Positions 52,881-64,000 of a stretch of 64,000 nt of DNA are shown here, in pieces. The notes under the pieces are model-generated. The model made no database searches and was not told the origin of the DNA. It saw only the letters and a program-made list of their open reading frames with translations. The stretch is taken from assembly GCA_051362555.1 (NCBI GenBank), contig CM120646.1, forward strand, positions 12,214,001 through 12,278,000, in the 5' to 3' direction. The translations under genes and the position numbers were made by a program. How positions within the stretch are numbered: position 1 is the stretch's first letter; each line of letters opens with the position of its first letter. The DNA is from Lingula anatina. Lineage: Eukaryota; Animalia; Brachiopoda.

Positions 52881-54217
52881 ACTCGACAAAATAAGAGGTG
52901 GTCTCGACAAGGATTAACAGGGAATGTCAATATTTATTAAAATACTTAAAGAGATAGTGTCACAAAATTTCCACATCCCAATCTCAAACAAGAAATGCTT
53001 GATGCTTAACCCCAAGTATCCTATCACGACCAGAAACAAATTATTCATGACGAAGCATAGTTTGAAATACTACACGTAATAAAACCCAATTGCAAACCAG
53101 GCTAAAAATGTTAAAAGTGACTCATATCCACTGTACTGGAAGTGAGTTAATGGATTTTTAAGGTAAGGTCACAATGGAAAGTTTATTTTTGGCTTGCTGA
53201 TTGTGACCAAAAAGATATAATAATAATAATAGATGCAAATATTTAATGCTAAGCTCAATTAATCTGCTAGTTGATCAGTTTTCATATTATTTGTCACAAA
53301 TTTTAGTTTTTTTTCAATGCTGACGACTATTTACACCCAACATGGCTTCCAGAGACCAGAAAACATGATCGAGACTGTCATAAAGTAGTCGGTAGGTGAC
53401 ATTGCCTGGATTTTGTGTAAACGTTTTGTGGAATATTGGTTCATTGTTTTAATAAGGAGAGATAAAAGCTTATCTGTTGAGCTAATGAAAGACTAGCGAT
53501 ACTTGTGAATAAGTAATTTTCCCAGAGTCACCTGTTTTCTGTTGGTGGAAATACCTGTTCTAAAAATAGCATAGAAAAAATTCCACTGAGTAAAATAAAC
53601 TTTGATCTGTGCCAGTGTTTAAAAATCCGTTGATGCAGTCGCGCCTTCGTTATACAATTCTGGAAAACGTAAGTATTATTGGAATACGTTTATTTCTTCA
53701 AAACATGGCTTTTGCTGCAGGTTCAAATGCACGCAGATTGAACGGTGCAATTGCACCGCACGATGACCTAGTTACGCCTGTTGATTTAACATAATTATAT
53801 TACAAGGTGGACTAAGGTCGACGGCATAGTTACGGGCATTACAGGAAAATACATGTGCACGCGCATTATTGTGACCACCTAGTTAAAAAATTGCACGCTA
53901 TCCAATTAGGACAAAGTGCTGGCTATTTTACAAGGACATGATAGGCTGCTATATAGCATACTGTGCATTTGACTAATAGTAGAGTTTAGAGAGAGCGCCA
54001 TGGCGATGCTATCATGTGACTGAACTCCCAACGGCGTCTTTACAGGGCTTTTCAAAGGTCATCGTATGCTGGTTTCGGTAATAAATGCAGAAAAAAAATC
54101 CTGCTTAGTGCACTTCGGATGGAAAATATGTAAAGACGAGAGGCGTAGTCCAAATATACTGAAAAGCATGCAAACTGATAGATTTTTCCAAGAAGGTAGA
54201 GAAGATTATAGAATTTT

Positions 54218-54227
54218 GGGAATTTCC
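54218..54227 (+). promoter_or_regulatory. Consensus NF-kB site upstream of the TNIP2-like coding exon
   Basis: GGGAATTTCC matches GGGRNWYYCC exactly. Function is unproven. Confidence 0.4.
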
Positions 54228-54297
54228 AATGTTTGCATTGGAGCTCATAGGCCTAAGTGACTGTGAAAGGAAGCCAGCTGTAGTAATGACTGAATAA

Positions 54298-54394
54298 GAC
54301 TGCATTCCCACAGATTTTAGATCGATCTATCCCCGTGAGGAGTCTCACTAGATAGCTGTCAGCTTTACCGGCTTAAATGTCTGTCCCGCTTACT
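54298..54394 (+). mobile_element. PIF/Harbinger MITE family B, truncated copy 4
   Basis: TAA followed by gactgcattcccacagattttagatcgatctatccccgtgaggagtctcactaga..., matching the first half of copy 1. Confidence 0.75.
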
Positions 54395-54742
54395 TTCAAA
54401 TCTAATTTTGGTATTGAAAAAAAAAAAAAAAAAAAAAAAAACAGGTAAATTTTGCACTGCAATTTTTCTCCTTTGCACAAAAATACTAGCGATAGCGCGT
54501 GAGATAATTTTTATATTTAGTAACTCGGTTTTGATATCAAAACTGGCTTATTTTATCACTCTGTTACTGAATCCGTTTTATCTCTTGGATTAAATTAACT
54601 TATCATGGTGATTTAACCTATCTTATCTCCCTCTTTTTTTAGAACAATTCCAACTCGTTCATCCATTTCCCCGGAAAACCAAAACCAAAACAAATCCCTC
54701 CTTTCCCATATCACGGACAGACCGCAGCTAGGAACGGAAACC

Positions 54743-57700
54743 ATGTCTTGCCACCAGAGTCAGAGAAAATCCCAACTCCAGACTTGCGGATCCGGTGAAT
54801 TAAACCGCAGTCATCTCGAGCACGAAAGCGAAATGCTGACAGAGACAGCGCTGAGCGTCCCCGAGTTGCATTCAGCTGAAACTGATCCACACGTTATAAA
54901 GAGAAGGCCTTATGCCGTGTCGCACTCTAAATCTCGGGACAGCGGATACGATGAGGCATTATCGTTATTCAGTCTTGCAAAAGAGACTACCAAAAAGGGC
55001 AGGGACAACAAACAATCTAACAAATTCTTTACGTACAAAAACTCAGAACAAATAAGTATGGGCGGTCATCAGTTAGATGCAATTATTCCCGCTGAAAGTG
55101 GTGGTTTAGAGGTTCCAAAAAGCGTCGCCTCGGACCAGAAGTTAACAGGAAAAGGGGCGCCTTGTAAAAGACCTGAATCATTCAGTGACCGTTCTGGCAC
55201 CCCCGATGCTGCATATCAAAGCCTTTCTGATAATAGCCTCAATGAGTTTCTAAGTACTGAAGAACAACTTAATGAAGCAACAGAAAAAACCAACCTTGAT
55301 TCACCATTCAACGTAAAGCCAAAAACTGAAACTGGCACTGACGTAGAAAGCAATGAGCGAGAAATTGTTACCGAAAATATTTGTGATGGTCTATTGGGGA
55401 AGCGTGGCAATTCTCAAAACAAGCGGCCGCCAATAACACCCAGAAAAAGCATTCAAAATAAGCCCGCTAAGAACAGTACTTCCAATTTAAGTCGGTTGGA
55501 AAGTGAATCTCACGCAAGCAAACCAGCACCCGACAAATGTGCAACGGACTGTGCACCTCAAACAATATTGCCGTCCAATTTCGAGGTTAACCCGTGTCAG
55601 GTGCGTAGTCATGCCGAGATAAATTCACCAACAGACGATCCAGATCAGAAATTCAGAGAACACCCAAATCAAATAAACAATGATTATGAAATAACTTCGG
55701 TAGGAAGGGTTGCTGAGACACAAACAGATCCAAGTCTTTCATACTCGTATAACGGGAACGCGAAGAATGAACAACGTCTGCTCTCCGAGATTATTTCACG
55801 GCTAGAAGATGAAAAGAAAGGACTCGGAATTGAATTAAAAAAGGTAAGATATTTGTTTATTACTGAAATAATGAAAAACTTTTCTTTTTTCTTTTAAAGA
55901 TATCATTTCGGTGTTCAATTTGCTGAATATATTTTTTCAATTATTTTATTTTCAGGGAGGGGCAGTTTTAAAGAAAAAATTACCCTTTGGCAGTGAGCCA
56001 CTTATAAATGCTTTGTCGTCCTGGTACAGCAATGATTATAAAAATTCATCAGTTATAAATTTAGTACATTCTTATCACTGGTATCACAACTATGGGGATT
56101 TTTGTCGTCAGTTTGAGTGATTGATTTATCGACAGTTTAATCATTTATTCATTTTGCGATACCATTGGAATATTTTACGTGCAGTTCTGCACTTCTCCGC
56201 AAGGCGTGCATTCATCTCATACCCTCTTAGTTAACTAATAAAAAACCGACATGTGAATGAAAAAAAGTACATATGTAGGAAACTGATTTCAAACATCACT
56301 TTTTTCAAACTTGGCCAATTTCATGTATTTAAGCACTTGGAGGTCGCTGGGGCATACAGCGCATCGAAAATCCAAATATTAGTAGATACCAAAAGCATTG
56401 TGAAAACTACAGAATGTTGTCTTGCTTTTTGCAAGTGTGAACTGGGGCATTTATAGCGACAAAACTTCATGACTAAACACATTTGGTCGTTACGATGATG
56501 TTAAGTAGATCTAAAGGAAAAATGGATGACTCAGTCGTCTAATGCAAGACGGGAAGGAAAATCACGTTCTGAAGTGTATAGAAGTACTTGCAAATACTCA
56601 AAATTGAGACAAGTGAAACAGGTGTCTATTTTACACGCACTCTCAGCCCCAAAGCACGCACGCGCACAAACACAAAACACAATCAGACGCACTTTTGTAC
56701 AAACTATTCTAAGGGCGAGAACGACATATCTCATGTTCAACGCTATATATCGTTTTCTGAATTTGCACTTACGCGTTCTCTTTCTAGTCAACTACAATTT
56801 TTACGCCCACGTTACTTCCATAAATAAAGTTTTATGAAGTTTTCCATTTTAAAATAACTTTTAAAGAAGGACTCCGCCCATATGCTTAACATTACTCATA
56901 GGGCGTAGCCTGCGTAACTTTTACCTTAGCACTGTGATAATGATCTTAACGAAAAGACTTCCTTGTTGCAATGCTATTTTCTCTTTATGGTGATATTAAA
57001 ATCAAAAGGGAATATATATATTTAACATTCGTATCAAAAAGCCCCCTATCCAATTCTTCTTTAGGTTTTAGTTTGCAGGAAGAAAAATGTAATGATTTAA
57101 AGTTTGTCAAATCATCACGGAAGTTGGAGGTGATAAAAGAATTGTAAACGAAGGAGGATGAAATTGCAAATAAGAATCATGCAGTTAATCATAGATAAGA
57201 AAAAAGTCGTAACTCCCCTCTTCAAGCTTGAAAGTTGTGTGTTTACCCGGATATGATTTAATGAAGGACGTTGTGTAACTTCCCTTAGTTACAAACCCTT
57301 CAGAAATTCATTTTTCTTAAACGCTCTTTTGCTTTTACTGGCGGGCCTTCCTCAAAACAGCAGCCTGCTTTTCAGTTATTCATTAAGTATTGCAAAATGG
57401 GTTAATAGAAAATTAGACTTCCTTTTTCAGAAAATTGATTTCCTAATTTCTCGAATATAAAGTGTAGTGAGTTTTTAAGGCACTGCATGAGGAAGTTGGA
57501 CCAATCAAAACAAATCAAAGTTTTAGGAGTTTGAAAATAAATTCAATCTGTCTTCATTAGCTTTAGTCAACCGTAATACTGCTAAGAGCAACTTTGTAGG
57601 TGAAACTTATAAGTTGGTTTTGCTAGCCTTTAGCGAATTACCTGTACTAAGGATTGCAGATCATATAATATTTGTATATAATGTATATAATATTTGTATA

Positions 57701-60700
57701 TTTTAAAGTAAATGAAGGGAACAAAATGAGAACAATCCTTTGTGATTATTTTGAGTTGTACTTTTCAAACTTATGTGAGTGCGTTTTATTTGTTTTATAT
57801 TTAGGATATTTTACATTTACAGGTGATATGTTTGAAAACCTTTGCTTTAAGAATTTATTTGTTTCGAAGAAAGTTTTTTTCACAATATGATATCTTTTAA
57901 TTAACGTTGCAATCTTTTTTTAGTTACAAGAGTCACAAGAGAAAATGAGTCGTCGAATACGAGAGGTTAGTACATAAACCATTTCATTTACATAACTTAA
58001 TTACATTCATTTTTAATACAATTATATTTTCTATATATATAACCTAGTATTTTTACGTTATATGGAGACGGACTGACGCATATTGTTACGAATATTTTCT
58101 ATATGTTATAATTTCGCACCACGACTGATGAACCCGAAGTGTTGGTTGATCTTTTCATGAAAATTTATCTTATTTATTGAAATGTACTTGGAGCGCATAA
58201 GCTTGGAATAGTATTTAGCTGCACTCTGACTACTGGGTGGGCTAGCAGTCTGTTACAAAAATGTTCAAATTTTATTCTTTTGAAAAATGTTCAAATTTTA
58301 TTTTCAACAGTATAATTTTGTATACTATTTCAGGAGCCCCCACTATAAGAGGGTGGTATTTAGCGGTCTTTATCAATCACAGCACAGATGACTTCTTTGT
58401 ATAAATAGGTACACATAGCTCCCTGCTTTAAAACTCTTTATTCTTTCATAACTAGATATTTCATTCAGCAGTGAAGGGATTTTATTTTCTTGTGCCTAAA
58501 AATATTCCCCTATTCTTCAGCTTGAGGAGGCTAACAGGGAGTGGGCCAGTTACGATGCACAACGGGAAAAGTATGTTCAGAATCTGCTTCGAAGAATAGC
58601 GGGGCTGGAGGAAAAATGCAGAAAGGATTCCACAGAAAACCAGCAGGTAAACCTAAGCTGTTTCTTTACAGCATATATTTATTCTTGCTCACGCATGCTG
58701 CAAGTTAAACAATAAAAGTGCGTGCGTACGTGCACTTTAATTTTCTAAAGATATTGTCAGTAGATTTAATTCTCAAAAATAATTCTGTTTTATCCTCTTA
58801 TCTAGCGAACACGAACACGAAAACCTTTTTCATGGTAGAATCTTTATCTTTATAAAGTAGATTGTATTCTCAATTTTTCCATTATTTATATTACATGTAT
58901 TACTCTTTTCTGTATTAGTCTTTTCAGTTAAGAGACGAAATCTCACGCCTAGTAGCAGATAACAAGAGACTTGCACAGACCATCAAAGAACTGAAAGACT
59001 CAGATTCCAGCAGCAAATTGAGGGAATGTGAAGATCAGTTGGAACTGCTGCAGGAGCAAGTTCGACAATGTACAAAAGATTTCGAGGCCGAACGCGGAGA
59101 CAGAGAGAGAGCCGAGAGTAAAGTGGCTACCCTGGAAGATGAACTCAGATCTCTCAGAGGAATGGTGGGTGCAGTTTTTGCTTTGCCCGCACATTGGTAT
59201 TTCACACGCGGGAAACTATTACCTCAGCCCATTGCGTTTTCAACTTAAAAAAAAGTTAATCTTAATATAATGGCTGATAAACCAGTGTAAAATTGCAAAC
59301 AATTAGTCATCGTTCATCAGTTAAGGGTTTGTGAAGTGCGGTCTCTGTTTGTTTCTTCTCACACTTTGTAAGAATGCAGATATGAAATACGTCGCACCCC
59401 CAAAAAAAGCACCCTGCAAAAAGATTTCCCTTTGTTTGAGAATAACGATGTACTTTTTAAAGTACATTACACAGTACAGCAAGCATGCCCCCACCCCCTA
59501 CACACACACAAGGACAAATAAAGTTGAGAAAGATTGGTGTTGATTTCACCATTTTCTCTTGGAAGTGGGATGGGTTCCGACAGTGTCATTCAATACTGCA
59601 CTTCGGTATTAAAGGTGTGATAGGTAATTCTATGTCCTTTGATCGTCTGGTAAATTCATTAAATTTTAGACAATTACTAAAGTTCCTTATAAATACACAT
59701 TAATTTTATTTTCAAAAGAACCAACAGAGTAGACTTACTGGCCGGGGGCGGCCTTCCGTTGAGGTGCCAACATTTGAAGCTCAGCAAAGAACTGTTGCAA
59801 CAGATTTCCGAAGACAGCAGCTAAGTCAGTTAGTAGCAGATTGTCAACCTCACGGTGAAGCGAGAACACCTCAGGTATGCCAGTCACGGCTATCAAAATA
59901 TATTGATATACATTGAGAGAACAGTTTCAATAGCTCTGTATGTATCAATTCAAATTATTGTTTTTCTTTTTATCACGAGCTTGTAAAATATGTGGGTATT
60001 ACCTCCAATATTTCTGTGACTGTCAGTCACCATCATCAGGGAGTAAATGACTAGTCCCTTGATAAAAAGAAAAACAATACTTTGAATAAATATACATTGT
60101 GTATGAAGTTAAACTTTGCTCAAGGGGTTATTGTTCACTTGACCACCGAGTGGTATGCTAAAGTATTCTATTATCACGGTAGTTTTCGAACAATAGGAAA
60201 GAGTATCTGTGTGTGTGTTATATGATTCAGTGGTCATTAACTTGAGATGTATTCATGAGATCAAAAAGTCATACCAGGAAGTTAAACACAGAGATTCTAT
60301 TGTTAATGGCAATTAATAAATCCAAAAGGAGTGTTAACTTTATCAGAAAATTTTCTGTACAGACGTGTTAAAATTCCCCACTGTAAAATTGCAGAAATTT
60401 CTTTAAACTTGTTTTGAAACTGAGTCTTATCTAACTATCTCTATTAGTCCAAAGAAAAAGCAAAAATGGGTCGTATATGTCACTGGAAAATTTTTGTTTT
60501 GAAAGCGAAAGTGAAAGCACTAGCAGTACCAGTTTCCCATTACGTCATAAACTGCCCTTAATATTGAAAGTGATGGTGAGTTAAATATTCTCTTTTATTG
60601 TCACTTTCAGACGCTGCGCAGTCGCGGCTGTGCCGAGGAAGCCAGGTTCTTTCCACATTTCGTACTTCCTCATCAACAACTGGAAGTCGACTGTCATACA

Positions 60701-60898
60701 GGTAATGACCAATTTGGACTCTCTAGCGAACCACGTGATCAGGAAGTTTGGGATCGAGGCTTTAACAGAGGCATGGATTGTGCTGATGGCGCCGCGGGTT
60801 TAAATGATGCAAAACTGCGTTGTCCAAAATGCTGGAGAGAGTACCCGCCACACCGCCATTTGGAATTGTTAGAGCACATTGATATTTGCTGTGATTAA
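54743..60898 (+). CDS. TNIP2 (ABIN-2)/CEP55-family ubiquitin-binding coiled-coil protein, about 649 aa
   Basis: Exons 54743-55843 (exon acceptor at 54642; true start uncertain), 57924-57965, 58521-58646, 58928-59164, 59719-59874 and 60611-60898, all phase 0. EABR motif ANREWASYDAQREKYVQNLL; UBAN motif LLQEQVRQCTKDFEAERGDRERAESKV; C-terminal NEMO-type zinc finger LRCPKCWREYPPHRHLELLEHIDICCD*. Confidence 0.85.
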
Positions 60899-60928
60899 AG
60901 TCAAAAAGGCTCAGAATGATTTCCTAGA

Positions 60929-61250
60929 TACCTCCGCCAAAGAGGTGATATTATCACGACCGTTTATTACTTTTTTTCACCAAAATAAATCAAAAAGTTA
61001 CGGGCGAAATTTGATGACAATTTCAGGCTAGGTCAAAAGTAGGATTACTTACAAGTGGTAAGGTTTTTGTGACCCCGATCCCCATTAGGATCCAGGACTT
61101 GAAAAGTAATCTGGAGCAAGAGCCAATGACCTGACTAAAAATGAAGAAAGGTGCTATCAGGTCGTTGTGCAATGAATGTGCTCTCAACTGCTACAATGTG
61201 TCAGTGTCAGGTTTTTGGTGGAAGTCGGCGCTCTCTGAGGGCTTTGCTAG
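60929..61250 (+). mobile_element. Helentron-associated (HINE-like) non-autonomous element
   Basis: 5' TACCTCCGCCAAAGAGGT; 3' subterminal inverted copy TTGGTGGAAGT, a short hairpin GCGCTCTCTGAGGGC, and an end CTAG followed by a T-rich flank. Confidence 0.6.
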
Positions 61251-61253
61251 TAT

Positions 61254-61303
<50 letters not shown>

Positions 61304-62827
61304 AGTGAGAGAGAGAGAGAATGAGAGAGAATCTTCACCTCAGGGTCATTGCAATAAAGAAGTTAATTTTACTTCTTTGTATATATATATATATATATAT
61401 TGTGAAATGATATTGTTATGTGAGTCAATGCACTGGAATACATGCTATCCGGACGCTCCTGTAAGAAACATGCATGACTTCCCTAAAAAAAAAAAAATAA
61501 AATAATAATAATAATAATAATGATAGTAAAATAATAAAAAACTGATGGCACGGCTTATCCAAAAATAATGAACACGTTCAGCTTACTGAACTTATTTTGC
61601 TATCAAGTTCAAGGCTTGAAAGGGTCTGAACTTGAAAACCTCCATATGATTTTTTTTTCTTTGGCGAGAAATACGGAGGTTTAAGAATATATTTTAGGAC
61701 TCAGTTGCTTTTATATTTTGCACACTGATAAAGATAAACTAAGCTCTGGATACAAAGAAATTTAACACTGTTCATGGTGGAGTAGAATTTGTATATTGAA
61801 TAGTAAAACGTATAAAGAAAGATTGAATAATAGCTGTTTAGTTGAAGACCTGTTCAATTTTCATATTCTTATTCTGTGATATCCGAATATTATAACGTCC
61901 CAGGTTTAAATGTCATTATACGATGCTTTATAATTGTGTATATGCTAAGGTAATAAAATTTTGATAAATAATACATTTGAGCTTGTTCAACTTTGTTCAA
62001 ATAACATACATGTTCGCATAGAATTTGCAGCAAATTGAAAGTATATGCCAGAACGAATTTCCCGTAGGGTTCTATAGTAATTGAATCCAAAGTTCAAATC
62101 AAAATATCAACAAAGCGAACATGGGTACCTATCGTGTTTAAATCATAATATGGATGCAATAGTGTCATCTATGCAAGTAAAGAAAGATTAGGAAAAATTG
62201 AGAATAAAAGAAAGAATCCCTACATTCAAAGTTAGTCCGTATTGTTATTTTTCTCAAAAGTTTGGCTTTTTGTAATAATCATTTTAAATAATCTATGAGT
62301 TTCTTTCAATTTATTCATCTTGAAATTTGAATTTCATATGAAGAGTTCTTATAACTTTAAGACTATTGGTATTCCGTCCACTGAAGCAAAATCGGGGGTA
62401 AAACGGTGAACGCGCTAGTATTAAAGGCGGAATCTAATCTAATGACTATAACAATTCTTCTGCCGTTATATGCTATTACATCAAAATTTAAATCGCTCTG
62501 TTAAATAATCCACTATATTTCACTCCATAAGCTGGGGGGGCATATAAAAATGGTCTATTGGGAAATAGTGTCAGTAGAGGCGCTTATTTATTGAAAGAAA
62601 AAATAAATACCGAAGCACCTCATTAACGAGTATATTTCTCCAGCCACTCGGGTAGACAGTCAACTATCATCCATTTGTTTACAATATTTCTCCTTCTATT
62701 CCATTCCCGTTTTGGTTTTACTATATTTTGAAACGCTTTCAATCACTGATATTACCAATATAGACCTATTGATTTCGGATCAAGGCTATCGCATAACAAC
62801 ATCTATTTCAAGCTGCTGGAAAGACCA

Positions 62828-62968
62828 GGGGATTCCCCTAGAAAACTTTACGCGCCATAACTCTACCCTATATAGTATATAAATAATGTATGTACAGAAA
62901 CTAAATATAGACTTTGGAAAATCCGGACTTTCATTTTGAGAGCCTCAGTTTCTCTACCCTAGGTGAGC
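62828..62968 (+). promoter_or_regulatory. Candidate NF-kB-responsive promoter / short first exon of a downstream gene
   Basis: GGGGATTCCCC (62828-62838), TGGAAAATCC (62915-62924), GGACTTTCA (62925-62933), Inr-like TCAGTT (62945-62950) and a donor AG|GTGAGC at 62963. Confidence 0.35.
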
Positions 62969-64000
62969 TTGGCAAGGTACAGGTTCCCGCGGGTCTTGTA
63001 GGTAAGAAACAGAAAGAGAGCATTTCCTAAATGGAAGCAGATTTGTGAATTGCGTCGTTCATTTCATCTGATATTCATGATCGTTTCAGTTTCTCAAATA
63101 ACCCGTAACTACTTGTATGTTTGCAAGTATGGTGAGCAAAAGATACATCAGTTACTGTAGCTGCAGCAGACGTGTACTGCTGTTGTTTCTTGCAATTGGA
63201 ACCAGAGCTGTCATACAATTTTGACAGCAAATCAAACGTGTAGTCTACGTAAACTTGCAAGTGATCGGGGTTCGCTCAGAATGGCGCAGGTATCTTTACG
63301 TGTAGAACTAGGCAAAAATCGTGCATAGGGACATTGTGACAAAAGATCTTAGGCAAAACGTACGCGTTGGCGTTTAACGTGTTGCCGAAATGCCACAATA
63401 ATGAGATACTATTTCAGTAATGGCTTTCTGGTTTCGCCCTTACCTCAGAATGCATTAAACGCCAGTGCTGGCTATCTGCATCTGTTGATTTAAACATTCA
63501 AAGAAGACTGTTTATTTAGATTTCAATTTTTTCAATTTATGAAACCTTTAAGCCCTACGGCTCATCAGAATGTAAAACAGTGACAATATAAAGTTATCTA
63601 GATGCGTTTTGTGTGTGCTTCTCCGAAGAAAGATAACGGGGTTCCCGCGCCTGTTCGTAAATTTGTCTGCATGTTTGCACGATAAATCAGATTAATAGGC
63701 AGATGTGCCTTTTACAACTTTCATGGTTTGGCTGGCCTGCTTAAAGTGTCAATCGAGTATTTATTTGAGGCAAATTTACTGATGCGATATAAGGATAATT
63801 GTTTTCTTTGATAAAAGAATACCTCAACAAATCGTGAACATATCTACATAATAATTAGTAAAATAATCTATCAATCAATCAATCAATCAATCAATCTATC
63901 TATCTATCTATCTATGTCACAATTCAAATGGTAAACATGTTGGCTGATTGGCGGGATTTTGTAGTATCTAGTCATTCGTTTCGATTTGAGACTTCTAGGA

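Noticed and set aside
53632-53668. ATG-containing upstream exon as the coding start of the TNIP2-like gene
   Set aside because: Its donor is phase 0, while the acceptor at 54642 needs phase 2 to join the long frame. More likely a 5'UTR exon or uORF.
63075-63260. Minus-strand 61-aa ORF near the window end
   Set aside because: Non-ATG start, an in-frame stop just upstream, no clear acceptor and no recognisable motif.

Overview
AT-rich, intron-containing animal genomic DNA. It looks invertebrate (possibly lophotrochozoan), but the taxon cannot be fixed from sequence alone. From left to right: (1) the end of a Polinton/Maverick element, with the last exon of a protein-primed DNA polymerase B apparently split by a spliceosomal intron inside motif B, and a terminus at 1386; (2) a 3-exon, 230-aa single-CRD TNF-receptor-like gene that the ORF track only shows in fragments, with Grindelwald-type 8-Cys spacing, no visible signal peptide (BCMA/TACI-like type III topology) and TRAF-binding motifs; (3) RPS25 (-); (4) SNAPC2 (-) carrying an AT-hook, head-to-head with (5) GSK3 (+), which has a 25.6-kb MITE-rich first intron; (6) a GT11 alpha-1,2-fucosyltransferase-like gene (-) with an intact ORF but substituted signature motifs; (7) a Tc1 fossil; (8) a TNIP2/CEP55-family gene (+) with EABR, UBAN and a C-terminal zinc finger. 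Non-autonomous DNA transposons (PIF/Harbinger-like MITEs, a hAT5-like element, a Helentron-like element), minisatellites and microsatellites are scattered throughout. Gene models were assembled by hand from splice sites and codon phase. Homology calls rest on recalled family motifs, not on database searches.
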